A stretch of DNA of 64,000 nucleotides, from positions 544,001 through 608,000 of the forward strand of contig OZ252243.1 in the NCBI GenBank assembly GCA_965249555.1, in the 5' to 3' direction. This stretch comes from Nitrosopumilus sp. GTDB lineage: Archaea > Thermoproteota > Nitrososphaeria > Nitrososphaerales > Nitrosopumilaceae. Made by a program: the position numbers and the translations under genes. The notes under the pieces were generated by a model that was not told the DNA's origin, did no database searches, and saw only the letters and a list, made by a program, of their open reading frames with translations. Positions 29,941 to 39,066 of the stretch are shown here, one piece after another; the stretch's first letter is position 1; every line of letters starts with the position of its first letter.

Positions 29941-31701
29941 ATGTGTTCAATTATTGGTTACTACGGAAAGAAAATTGCAGCACCCATCATTGTAAAGGGG
30001 TTGAAAAGAATGGAGTATCGTGGATACGATAGTGTTGGGGTTGCAACAGAATCTGAAAATCAAATTGAGCTAAAAAAAGGCACTGGAAAAGTAAATGAAG
30101 TAAATTCAAAAGTTCAGTTAGATAAACTTCCAGGAAAAGTAGGTATTGGCCATACTAGATGGGCAACTCATGGAAAAGTTACAGACATCAATGCACATCC
30201 ACATCCAAGTAACTCTGGAAAAATTGCAATAGTACACAATGGAATTATAGAAAATTTTGAAGAGTTGAAGAAACAATTAGAAAATGATGGGTATAGTTTC
30301 AAAAGTGAAACAGACAGCGAAGTAATTGCAAACTTGCTTCAAAAAAACTATGAGTTAACTAGAGATGTTAAAGAAACAATTATGAAAACAGTTGCAGTAC
30401 TTGAAGGACATTTTGCATTTGTTGTAATGTTTGAAAATGGTCAGCTTGCAGCTGCAAGATTTCATGAACCATTAATAATAGGAATTGGACATGATGATTT
30501 CTTTTTGTCAAGCGATGTTCTTGGATTCATTGAATATACAGATGATGCAATTTACATGGAGAATGGAAATTTTGTTATTTTAGATAAAAACAGGTTTCAG
30601 ATTTCAGATTTTAATGGTGAACATGTAAAATATGGAATAACAAAAGTTTCAAAAGAATTTGGAGATGCATACAAAGGAGATTATGCACATTTTACACTAA
30701 AAGAAATTTACGAGCAACATGAAACAATCTTGAAGGCTGGGGAAAAAACAGCAGATGCAATTGAAAAAACAGCAGACCATATCAGACATGCAAAAAATAT
30801 CTACATAACAGGAAGCGGAACTAGTTTCAATTCTGCACTAATTGCAAAGCAAATTTTATCAAAATATGTCAAAATCAAGGCTGAACCAATCATATCAAGT
30901 GAACTCCAATTTGCACCAGACAGTATTGAAGAAAATTCCATTCTAATTGCAATATCTCAAAGTGGAGAAAGTGCTGATGTTTTAGATGCAGTGAGAATTG
31001 CAAAAAAAGCAAATTGCAAGATAATATCTATTGTCAATTTGCTCACATCATCACTTGCACGTGAAGCAGATGTAGTGATTGGCATGAATTGTGGACCTGA
31101 AATTGGGGTTGCCGCAACAAAAAGTTTCACATCACAACTAGTAATACTCTACAAAATTGTGCAAAAATTAAGTAGCAATGACATTACAATTAATTTTGAA
31201 AAGTTTTCTGAATCAATTTTAAAGATATTAGAGAATCCAAAAAAAATTCAACAGATTGCAAAAGAATTAAAGAAAATTTCAGATATTTACATTTTAGGAA
31301 GAGGAATAAATTATCCTATTGCGATAGAGGCTGCTTTAAAATTAAAAGAGTTAACATACATTCATGCAGAAGGAATTCCAGGAGGGGAATTAAAACATGG
31401 GCCTCTTGCACTAATGGATTCTAATGTATTTGTGATTATCATCAACCCAAATGATTCAACTTATTCAGATACGCTGACAAGTGCTAGAGAGATAAAAGCT
31501 CGTGATGCAAAAATTATTGGAGTTTCAGATATAGAAAGTGATGTGTATGACTATTGGATAGAAATTCCAAAAATAGATGAAGTGTTGTATCCAATTTCAG
31601 AAATTATTCCAATACAGTTGTTAGCATACTATGCAGCACTTGAAAAAGATACAGACCCGGATTATCCTAGAAATCTAGCAAAATCAGTTACAGTAAAGTA
31701 A
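29941..31701 (+). CDS. glmS: Glutamine--fructose-6-phosphate aminotransferase
   Basis: N-terminal Cys, EYRGYDS, HTRWATHG, SQSGE, PRNLAKSVTV. Confidence 0.97.
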   Translation: MCSIIGYYGKKIAAPIIVKGLKRMEYRGYDSVGVATESENQIELKKGTGKVNEVNSKVQLDKLPGKVGIGHTRWATHGKVTDINAHPHPSNSGKIAIVHNGIIENFEELKKQLENDGYSFKSETDSEVIANLLQKNYELTRDVKETIMKTVAVLEGHFAFVVMFENGQLAAARFHEPLIIGIGHDDFFLSSDVLGFIEYTDDAIYMENGNFVILDKNRFQISDFNGEHVKYGITKVSKEFGDAYKGDYAHFTLKEIYEQHETILKAGEKTADAIEKTADHIRHAKNIYITGSGTSFNSALIAKQILSKYVKIKAEPIISSELQFAPDSIEENSILIAISQSGESADVLDAVRIAKKANCKIISIVNLLTSSLAREADVVIGMNCGPEIGVAATKSFTSQLVILYKIVQKLSSNDITINFEKFSESILKILENPKKIQQIAKELKKISDIYILGRGINYPIAIEAALKLKELTYIHAEGIPGGELKHGPLALMDSNVFVIIINPNDSTYSDTLTSAREIKARDAKIIGVSDIESDVYDYWIEIPKIDEVLYPISEIIPIQLLAYYAALEKDTDPDYPRNLAKSVTVK

Positions 31702-32761
31702 ACAATCTGTGATATTCTTTTTCTACCATCTCTAAAAATTCTGCAGAATTGTTTCCCGTTTTGAGCATGGATGAGATAATGCTACCACCCGCTCCAACAC
31801 CTTCTTTTGCAAATCCTTCTGAAAATGCCCTTAGACCAGAGTATTGTGAATTTTTTAAGCCAGGATCAACAGAGATTGCTGGAATATCAGATATTTCCTT
31901 GACTAAATTCTTGAAATTTGCACTTTTATCATTTGCAATATACGAAGTAGTTCCAATTGCAGTATTTTCTTCATTAAATCCAATTTTTGATGCAAATGCC
32001 AATACTGCAGTCATCTGAGTTCCACCTGCCAACATTACTTTAGAAACATCAGAAGCAGCACTGAGCATTCCTGCAACAAAAGGAATCATGGGATCCCCAA
32101 CTTTTGCAACAATACTGTAAGGATGATCAGAGTCAATTCTATCAAGTGCAGAACTGACAATTTGGTTTTTTAATTCAACAGGATTGTTTGGAATACTGGA
32201 ACTTACTTTAGCGTCAAAACCCAAAGCTCTCAATACGGCTAATGCAGTGGTAGTTCCACCAGGAATGCTCTCACCAATTATCAGACAATCAGTTAGAGAT
32301 GCCATACTTCTTCCGACAATTCTACCATAATCGACAGCATGAGACACTTGAGAATCAGTCATAGCATCTTGATTTGAAATATTTTTTCCAAAAGATAATC
32401 CTGTTTCAATGAAAGGTAATTGAGGAGAGATCTTACTACCAGCATTAATTGTTAAATGAGGAATACTAGATGATTCCAAGGCAGTTTTTGTCAATATCCC
32501 AGGGGTTGGCTTTCCATCAGGAGTCATTGGAATATCATCAATTGTTTTACAATATCCATAGTGCAGATATTCAGCATCAGCTGGGGGAGTAAACTGTATT
32601 GAATTCTTGTCTGCACCTGCAAAGGTAATTCCGGGAACTTCACAAGTTTCAGTATATGAAATTACAAAAGAAAAAAGAAATCTTCCAGATTTAATAGTGT
32701 CTAGAAAATTTTGAGCCTTTTCAACATTACCAAACAGTTCAAAATTTTCCAAAAAATTCAC
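31688..32761 (-). CDS. cobT: Archaeal nicotinate-nucleotide:base phosphoribosyltransferase (CobT-like)
   Basis: GESIPGGTTTA, LAGGTQM, KEGVGAGG. Confidence 0.85.
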   Translation of the reverse strand: MNFLENFELFGNVEKAQNFLDTIKSGRFLFSFVISYTETCEVPGITFAGADKNSIQFTPPADAEYLHYGYCKTIDDIPMTPDGKPTPGILTKTALESSSIPHLTINAGSKISPQLPFIETGLSFGKNISNQDAMTDSQVSHAVDYGRIVGRSMASLTDCLIIGESIPGGTTTALAVLRALGFDAKVSSSIPNNPVELKNQIVSSALDRIDSDHPYSIVAKVGDPMIPFVAGMLSAASDVSKVMLAGGTQMTAVLAFASKIGFNEENTAIGTTSYIANDKSANFKNLVKEISDIPAISVDPGLKNSQYSGLRAFSEGFAKEGVGAGGSIISSMLKTGNNSAEFLEMVEKEYHRLFTLL

Positions 32762-33369
32762 TGGTCCATCATTTCAAGGAACTGTTGTTCGGTTCGTTTT
32801 TGCATTACAGGATTGGTAGTTTTTTCTTCTCCAATAGTTGATATTTCAGAATGGCCATAATTGTGCCCAGAATACAATACCAAATTATCATCTAAGGAAT
32901 GGAGAACATCAAAAAGACTATGATAAAGCTCTTTTGCACTTCCACCAGGTAAATCAATTCTACCACAATTTCCAACAAACAATGTGTCACCTGAGAAAAT
33001 TTTGCCATCACCAATTAGACAGATGCTGTCTTTGGAATGACCAGGAGTATGTAGAACTTTTAATTTTGAATTGCCAAATTCGATATAATCTCCATCCTTT
33101 ACTGTAATGTCGTGTTTTAATTCAGAAGATTCATGCTGAATGATAGGAGCTTTGGTTGATTCAGCCATTGCTTCATTTCCTTGGGTATGATCAAAATGAT
33201 GATGTGTATTTACAATGTATTTAATTTTCAAATTATTTCTTTTTATGATCATTTCTAATTCCATTAGATCCCAGGACGGATCAATGAGAATTGCTTCACT
33301 GGTATCATCATCTTCAACAATGTAGGTAAAGTTTTGCATATTTCCAACTTGGATTTGGTGGACTTTCAT
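32758..33369 (-). CDS. MBL-fold metallo-hydrolase (glyoxalase II-like)
   Basis: THHHFDH, TPGHS, GDTLF. Confidence 0.92.
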   Translation of the reverse strand: MKVHQIQVGNMQNFTYIVEDDDTSEAILIDPSWDLMELEMIIKRNNLKIKYIVNTHHHFDHTQGNEAMAESTKAPIIQHESSELKHDITVKDGDYIEFGNSKLKVLHTPGHSKDSICLIGDGKIFSGDTLFVGNCGRIDLPGGSAKELYHSLFDVLHSLDDNLVLYSGHNYGHSEISTIGEEKTTNPVMQKRTEQQFLEMMDQ

Positions 33370-34010
33370 AGGATATCCTCTTCAGCTTCAGGAGGAATTC
33401 CAATTTTTTCTGCATATAATTCTCCTGTCAAGTCTTTTCTTTTTGGGATTCCTTGTTTCATTTTATGAAATGTAACTGTCATGTCACATTTTGTGTAGAT
33501 GTTTGCAGTCTCTCCTGTTTGTGGATCTAATCCAGATGGCACATCTACTGCAAACTTGTAGCAATCTGTTTGATTGATGTAATTAATTGCAGATGCATAT
33601 GGCTCTCGAATCTCGCCAGTTATACCAGTACCTAAGATACCATCAACTATTACATCTGGTTTGAAATCAAAGTCAAAATCTCCTGACACTAGTTTCACAG
33701 ATGGCATTTTCTGCAAGATAGACCAATTCCAATTACTTTCCTCGGTTTTGATTTTATCAGGAGTGCCAAGAAGTATTACTGTAACTTTTGCATTGTAACC
33801 AGCTAAATGTCTTGCCATTACCAAACCATCACCGCCATTATTTCCCAATCCTGCAAAAATCAGAATATTTTTAGAGTCTACATTTCCAAGTTTGTCAACT
33901 AGTCGTCTAACTGATGCAGCACCTGCATTTTCCATCATGAACTTTTTTAAAAATCCCATGTCATGACCTTTGTTTTCAATTCGATACATTTGATCTACAG
34001 TAATTTCCAT
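33366..34010 (-). CDS. nnrE: NAD(P)H-hydrate epimerase (YjeF N)
   Basis: MMENAG, GNNGGDG, DGILGTG, DVPSG. Confidence 0.92.
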   Translation of the reverse strand: MEITVDQMYRIENKGHDMGFLKKFMMENAGAASVRRLVDKLGNVDSKNILIFAGLGNNGGDGLVMARHLAGYNAKVTVILLGTPDKIKTEESNWNWSILQKMPSVKLVSGDFDFDFKPDVIVDGILGTGITGEIREPYASAINYINQTDCYKFAVDVPSGLDPQTGETANIYTKCDMTVTFHKMKQGIPKRKDLTGELYAEKIGIPPEAEEDIL

Positions 34011-34094
34011 GATTTACAAGAAAATCATATCCAAAATAAGAGTTGCGAAAATTTGACAGACAAGTTATATTCCTAGTTTGCTTTTTGGGACTCC

Positions 34095-35552
34095 GTGTTA
34101 AAACAATACTATACAGTAGTAGAGGAGTTTGATTCTAAAAAGGATTATGGTATTGAGATTAGAGAACAATATGCTGAATGTCTTTCAGTTCTAAAGAAAG
34201 AACAAAAAGTAAATCCATTAGAGATTGCACAAAAATATCTTAATTCATTCACAAAAAAACCAAGAAAATTTGAAACCAACAAAGACATTGCGTATCACAG
34301 TTTTGGCATTGCAAATAAAATTGAAATGCTCAAAAAACTCCCAAAAATACAAAAAGATGTTGTAATGGCACCAGAACAATTCTACAAACTAGAAACCATT
34401 CATTATTTTATAAGACAACACCGTGGCTCTCGTTACAAAAACATCAAACCAAAAAATGACGCAGGAACTGCAAATGCTTACGGATACAAACTATGGCAGT
34501 TTAACAACTGGCTTGCAGGAAAAACATTCGAGTTTTACACACAAGTTCAGATTGGTGAGGACACATTTCGACGTAAAAAGAAGAAAATTCAGATTCAAGA
34601 CGTTGAACACCTATTGAAAATGTATCAAGAACCATTTAGTTCAAAGGCTGATTTTCTAAAGGTAATCAAGGAATACTTGATGGATTCAATTCATGAGGAA
34701 AAAAGAGCAACTGTAGGTGGAATATCTCCTCATTCTAGATGTGGAACTGGAGAATACGATCTCTTTGAATGTAAAAAACCTCAACTTGTTGAACATGGCG
34801 GTAATGTGAATGTCATTGACAGAGAACTTAATCTAAACTCTGATGATGTTGGAGTTAGTACCATAAACAAATCAGGACAACCTGTATCTTTGTCTGGAAG
34901 TAGTTTTTCATCTCCATTATTCATTAGAAGATTAATTGATCTTGAACGTGTATATAGAGATCGAATCTCAAATGTAGAAACTCTATTGGCAATATCTTAT
35001 CTTTCATGTACTAATAATATTTCAGATTGTGCAGGATATGGAGAACCTAAATCCTTTACTCACACTGATTACAATTCAACAGTCTATTTCGCTGAGGGGA
35101 TTATTGGTTTTACTCAAGTTGGAGATAATACTATGACCATGCCAATAAATGATATTATAATTTATGTTCCTGCTGGTGTGAGTGAAATTAAGTTTTGTCT
35201 AACTCATTCAGATAATTTCAACAAAGCTGTGATTCCAACACTTGAAACATATTTTGAAGTAAAAGCTAGGAAATTTGGCAATACTTCATTGATCCCTCCT
35301 GAAAATCAAGAAGAATTAACCAGTAAAACTAACGTTAAAATTCTAACATACAAGTTTGATTCTAAAAGCATGGAGTCAATGTGGACATTTTCTATACGAC
35401 CTAGAGTTACACACACTATCCTCACTGAAGATAAAAGAAGCATATCTGCACGCTTTGGTTGTGCAATTTTACTTACAGGAAAGTCAGATAGAAAATCATC
35501 AAAGCCTTTAACTCAAGAAATAATTGAAAATCGGGAGAGATTCTCATCATGA
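34095..35552 (+). CDS. Chimeric ORF: probable integrase N-terminal region fused near 34710 to the C-terminal half of an S8 subtilase
   Basis: After the junction: SPHSRCGTG, KPQLVEHGGN, SGSSFSSP (catalytic Ser motif), GYGEP; no subtilase Asp/His motifs; the N-terminal half is basic and integrase-like (inferred). Confidence 0.6.
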   Translation: MLKQYYTVVEEFDSKKDYGIEIREQYAECLSVLKKEQKVNPLEIAQKYLNSFTKKPRKFETNKDIAYHSFGIANKIEMLKKLPKIQKDVVMAPEQFYKLETIHYFIRQHRGSRYKNIKPKNDAGTANAYGYKLWQFNNWLAGKTFEFYTQVQIGEDTFRRKKKKIQIQDVEHLLKMYQEPFSSKADFLKVIKEYLMDSIHEEKRATVGGISPHSRCGTGEYDLFECKKPQLVEHGGNVNVIDRELNLNSDDVGVSTINKSGQPVSLSGSSFSSPLFIRRLIDLERVYRDRISNVETLLAISYLSCTNNISDCAGYGEPKSFTHTDYNSTVYFAEGIIGFTQVGDNTMTMPINDIIIYVPAGVSEIKFCLTHSDNFNKAVIPTLETYFEVKARKFGNTSLIPPENQEELTSKTNVKILTYKFDSKSMESMWTFSIRPRVTHTILTEDKRSISARFGCAILLTGKSDRKSSKPLTQEIIENRERFSS

Positions 35553-36172
35553 TGGAACGAAGTATCTTAAGATCAAGCAAAAAAATAGGCAAGTATGAAG
35601 CCCCGATTATAGAAAAATTAGAACCTTTTTTTCAAAATCAAGGTTTTCAAGTTGTTCCTCATGCACGATTGAATATTTCATGGGGCAATATTATTTCTGA
35701 TATTGATTTGTTATTGATTAAAGAAAATAAAATTGGAATTGTGGAAGTAAAATCATCTCATGATAATTTGAAAAGAGCAAAAAAACAAATTTCAAATATC
35801 AAAGATTATGTTGATTTTGCATATATTGCCACTGATTTTAAACCAAGAAAATTACCTACTCCAATAGCTGGTTGGATTTTTGTTAAAGATGAAGTTACAA
35901 TAATGAAATATCCGCAAACTATTGACAACGAACCTTCTCATTATTCTGTTGGCTCTCTACCAAAAAAATGTCTTGAACGACACTTGGATCATAAGAATAT
36001 CTCACCAAAAGGTATGTCAAAATATGAAATAACTACCAATATCATGTCTCTTCCAATAAAAAATCTCAAGGATGAAGTAAAATCAATTGCTACTTGTGGT
36101 CAGGAGTGTGATGTTAACTGTCCTATTTGGAAATTTGAAAAACTTTTGATTCCTAAATTATTATCTGGATAG
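35549..36172 (+). CDS. PD-(D/E)xK nuclease (sce7726-like) with C-terminal Cys cluster
   Basis: DIDLL...IVEVKSSHDNLKRAKKQ...DFAYIA; CGQECDVNCP; ATGA overlap with the upstream ORF. Confidence 0.7.
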   Translation: MMERSILRSSKKIGKYEAPIIEKLEPFFQNQGFQVVPHARLNISWGNIISDIDLLLIKENKIGIVEVKSSHDNLKRAKKQISNIKDYVDFAYIATDFKPRKLPTPIAGWIFVKDEVTIMKYPQTIDNEPSHYSVGSLPKKCLERHLDHKNISPKGMSKYEITTNIMSLPIKNLKDEVKSIATCGQECDVNCPIWKFEKLLIPKLLSG

Positions 36173-36366
36173 ACTTCAATGTTCTAAAAAAAATTGTTAA
36201 TTTAGGCTAAAAAGCCACTAATTTAAAAAAATCCTGTTGTGAATATTTACGATATTAAGAGCTTTGAATCTACGAAATATGTCTAAAATAGGCGTAAAAT
36301 TGAATGGTTTGCCAATATGTTTAGAGTCTAAATTCTTCTAATTCAATAATTATTACAGGTTTTATT

Positions 36367-37038
36367 CTAATTTCTCTTTGGCAAGAATGGAATCAAAGCC
36401 CGTACAAACTCCATGACATTTTTAGTTTGAAAGTATACAGTTCCTGGACCAATAATTTCCATTACTAGTGCTTCGCCTCCAAATAGAGTTGTCTTGAAGC
36501 TTCCATGTTTTGTCACTCTATATCCTGCAGTAGCACTTAGTGCAACTAGTTGATAATTATCAAGAATCATTTTCTCACCATCTTTGAGTGTAGTTTTGAT
36601 AATTCCACCCCAAGCATTGACAAACATGTCGCCGTGACCTACTGTCTTTAGCATGAACATGTTTGTTCCAAAGATTCCTTTGGTGAATCCTTGCCATTTA
36701 GTATCGAGTGTTAGTTCACCAGTAGATCCTACAAATGCACCAGACTGTACAATAAATTCTTCTTCAACTTTTATAATTTCTATATCTCCAAGCATATTTC
36801 CAGTTAATCCTAGCTTTGCATTGTCTTCTTCTGCAATGAATTCATTTACAAAAAATGATTCTCCACCCAGAGCTGCAGCTTTTAGGGATTTAAGAAAGCC
36901 ACCCTTTCTCATTTTAGTTTCAGTTTTGATGTTACCTTTGATGTATACCATAGCTGCGGCTTCTGCAGTTACTTTTTCTCCTTGGTTTAGTGTAAATTCA
37001 ATTAACCCCATTGGATTTTTTAGAATCTCATATTCCAT
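36367..37038 (-). CDS. AIM24 / TIGR00266 family protein
   Basis: GEKVTAEAAAMVY, GGESFFVNEF, GPGTVYFQT. Confidence 0.9.
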   Translation of the reverse strand: MEYEILKNPMGLIEFTLNQGEKVTAEAAAMVYIKGNIKTETKMRKGGFLKSLKAAALGGESFFVNEFIAEEDNAKLGLTGNMLGDIEIIKVEEEFIVQSGAFVGSTGELTLDTKWQGFTKGIFGTNMFMLKTVGHGDMFVNAWGGIIKTTLKDGEKMILDNYQLVALSATAGYRVTKHGSFKTTLFGGEALVMEIIGPGTVYFQTKNVMEFVRALIPFLPKRN

Positions 37039-37245
37039 TGTAATTAATTCTCTCAGAAGTTAATAAAATGATCAGTGATATACACAAATCCCAAAAAGTC
37101 CATTAGTCCTGTAAAGCCTGGACGAGAAGGGGTGTTTTGGTTCATTATTGCTATACATCGTATAGAAAAGAGTTGGCTAATGCAATACATCAGGAACTAA
37201 CGTACTGCAGAAACACCAGGACCTTAAGGACTTGGCTATAATCTT

Positions 37246-37271
37246 GTGAGTATTACAATTGTAATACTAAC
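37246..37271. repeat. Palindrome with perfect 20-bp core AGTATTACAATTGTAATACT
   Basis: 37249-37268 is its own reverse complement; flanks extend it imperfectly to about 37241-37275. Confidence 0.9.
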
Positions 37272-37371
37272 AGATCCTAAGGACTTACTGCAGCACCAGA
37301 ACTAAGGACTTGCTCCCCTCAATTAATGAAATTTGTAAATCTAATTATAATCTAATTTTGAATCGAATTTA

Positions 37372-38103
37372 TTGAGTTTACCAGCAGAATTTGAAAAAGA
37401 AGAAGAAAAGCCTGTAAACAGATTGATAGTTTGTATTTCTGCAATGACTATTTTTGGATTATACTATACAATAAAATTTAAGAAAACTCTAAAATGGTTA
37501 AGCCTAGTTTTTAGTCCTTACGTTATACTATTTTTAGGATATGTGATATTAGAGTTATTATTCATTAGTGGTTTTGAAGTACAAGAAAGAGATTACCATA
37601 TGTTAGACGTGATAGGTGTTATTGTTCAACTTATAGTATTCATAGGCTCTATTAGTTTAATGTATGACTGGGCTTCTAAATACAATCTAAAGAATTTTGG
37701 GTATGAATCAAAGAAAGAATGGAAGATGAATAAAAGAAATACAGTAGTACAAAAAGAATTAAAAAAAGATAAAGAAGAAAAACCTGTAAACAGATTGATA
37801 GTTTGTATCTTATCACCAACTATTTTTGGATTTATCTATGCAGAGAAATTTAACAAAAATCTAAAATTTCTAATGTTATTATCAATTCCTTTTGTTTTTA
37901 CGTTCTTACTAGTACTTACATACGCTATTGGTGATTTTGAAATACAGGAACCAAGAAAAATATTAGGATTTGATAATAGTATTGTTATTGCATTACTGTT
38001 TGTTTTTCCAATTATATTCATGTATCGTTGGGCTTCTCAATACAATCTAAAGAATTTTGGATTTAAATCAAAGAGACAATGGAATAAAAATAGAGAATTA
38101 TAA
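37372..38103 (+). CDS. Membrane protein built from two tandem ~124-aa repeats
   Basis: EEKPVNRLIVCI...WASxYNLKNFG occurs twice, 372-bp period. Confidence 0.75.
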   Translation: MSLPAEFEKEEEKPVNRLIVCISAMTIFGLYYTIKFKKTLKWLSLVFSPYVILFLGYVILELLFISGFEVQERDYHMLDVIGVIVQLIVFIGSISLMYDWASKYNLKNFGYESKKEWKMNKRNTVVQKELKKDKEEKPVNRLIVCILSPTIFGFIYAEKFNKNLKFLMLLSIPFVFTFLLVLTYAIGDFEIQEPRKILGFDNSIVIALLFVFPIIFMYRWASQYNLKNFGFKSKRQWNKNREL

Positions 38104-38207
38104 TTTTAGAAAAAAGGTATGGTTATTTGATAGAGATTGTTATGATTGTAAAAATCATCTATGACTAAAATTACAATTTCAACTAAAATTATTTTGTAGA
38201 ATTTGGA

Positions 38208-38324
38208 TTAATCTAAGTAATCATCATCAATGTAGTTAACGCATTTGTGGTTAGATAGTGCGTAATCAGAATAAAGAACCAATCCACATCTTACACATTT
38301 TTGAGCGTCTTCAAAGTGAATCAT
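38208..38324 (-). CDS. C2HC zinc-finger microprotein (38 aa), not in the ORF track
   Basis: MIHFEDAQKCVRCGLVLYSDYALSNHKCVNYIDDDYLD*. Confidence 0.55.
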   Translation of the reverse strand: MIHFEDAQKCVRCGLVLYSDYALSNHKCVNYIDDDYLD

Positions 38325-38384
38325 TCAATACACTTTGTTGAATCTTGTTTGTAAAAATTATTTAGCGTACCTATTGCTTCAGGA

Positions 38385-38956
38385 CTAATGAGTTAAGAGA
38401 TATTTGGCTAATGGAAAGATCTTTTGTGTTTCAATAGCTCTGATTTTCTTAATTACAATTCCATATTCCTCATAGATTTTTTTAACTTCATTCCCATCAA
38501 TCCAGCCAAATGCAATAAGATGATAAGGTTCTGTTGCGTTGTCGTGTGTTTATGGATCTTCTCTGAAATACCGTTTTTATGTGGCATCAAGTTGACGAAT
38601 CAACCATGTCAGTTTTTTTAGTTTTTACATAGTAAATCTGTATGCCATCGCTAAACAGGCTTGTTTTCTGTACTTTTTCTATTTCCGTTTTGGTAATGAT
38701 TGTTTTACCATCATCTAGATTGTACTTGTTATCAGATAATTCTAATACGGTGATAGGTTCGATTGGGGATTCTATCAAGGATTCCGTGACCTGTTTTATT
38801 GGATACATGATCATTTTTGAACCAAAATGCGTGTAAAATATCTGCAGATCCTTTTATTCCAACCTGTTTCTTTATTTTCCTGATCAGGCGTTTTAGAGAT
38901 TCAGGATCCTCAAACAGTGCAGAAGGAATCGAAAATACCACATGGGAAGCCCTTTG
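38385..38956 (-). pseudogene. Decayed rolling-circle replication initiator (HUH Rep)
   Basis: HVVFSIP (motif I-like), GIKGSADILHAF, PYHLIAFGW (motif II-like), GIVIKKIR, LAKYLLTH (motif III-like); broken by stops and frameshifts. Confidence 0.65.
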
Positions 38957-39066
38957 GTGCTAGATTGACCAGAGTCTGATTTAGAAATACATTTTAGGTA
39001 AAAAATAATTTTTTGCTCATTAATTCGAATGATTTATCAACTACCTCCATCTAAAATTGCTAGACG

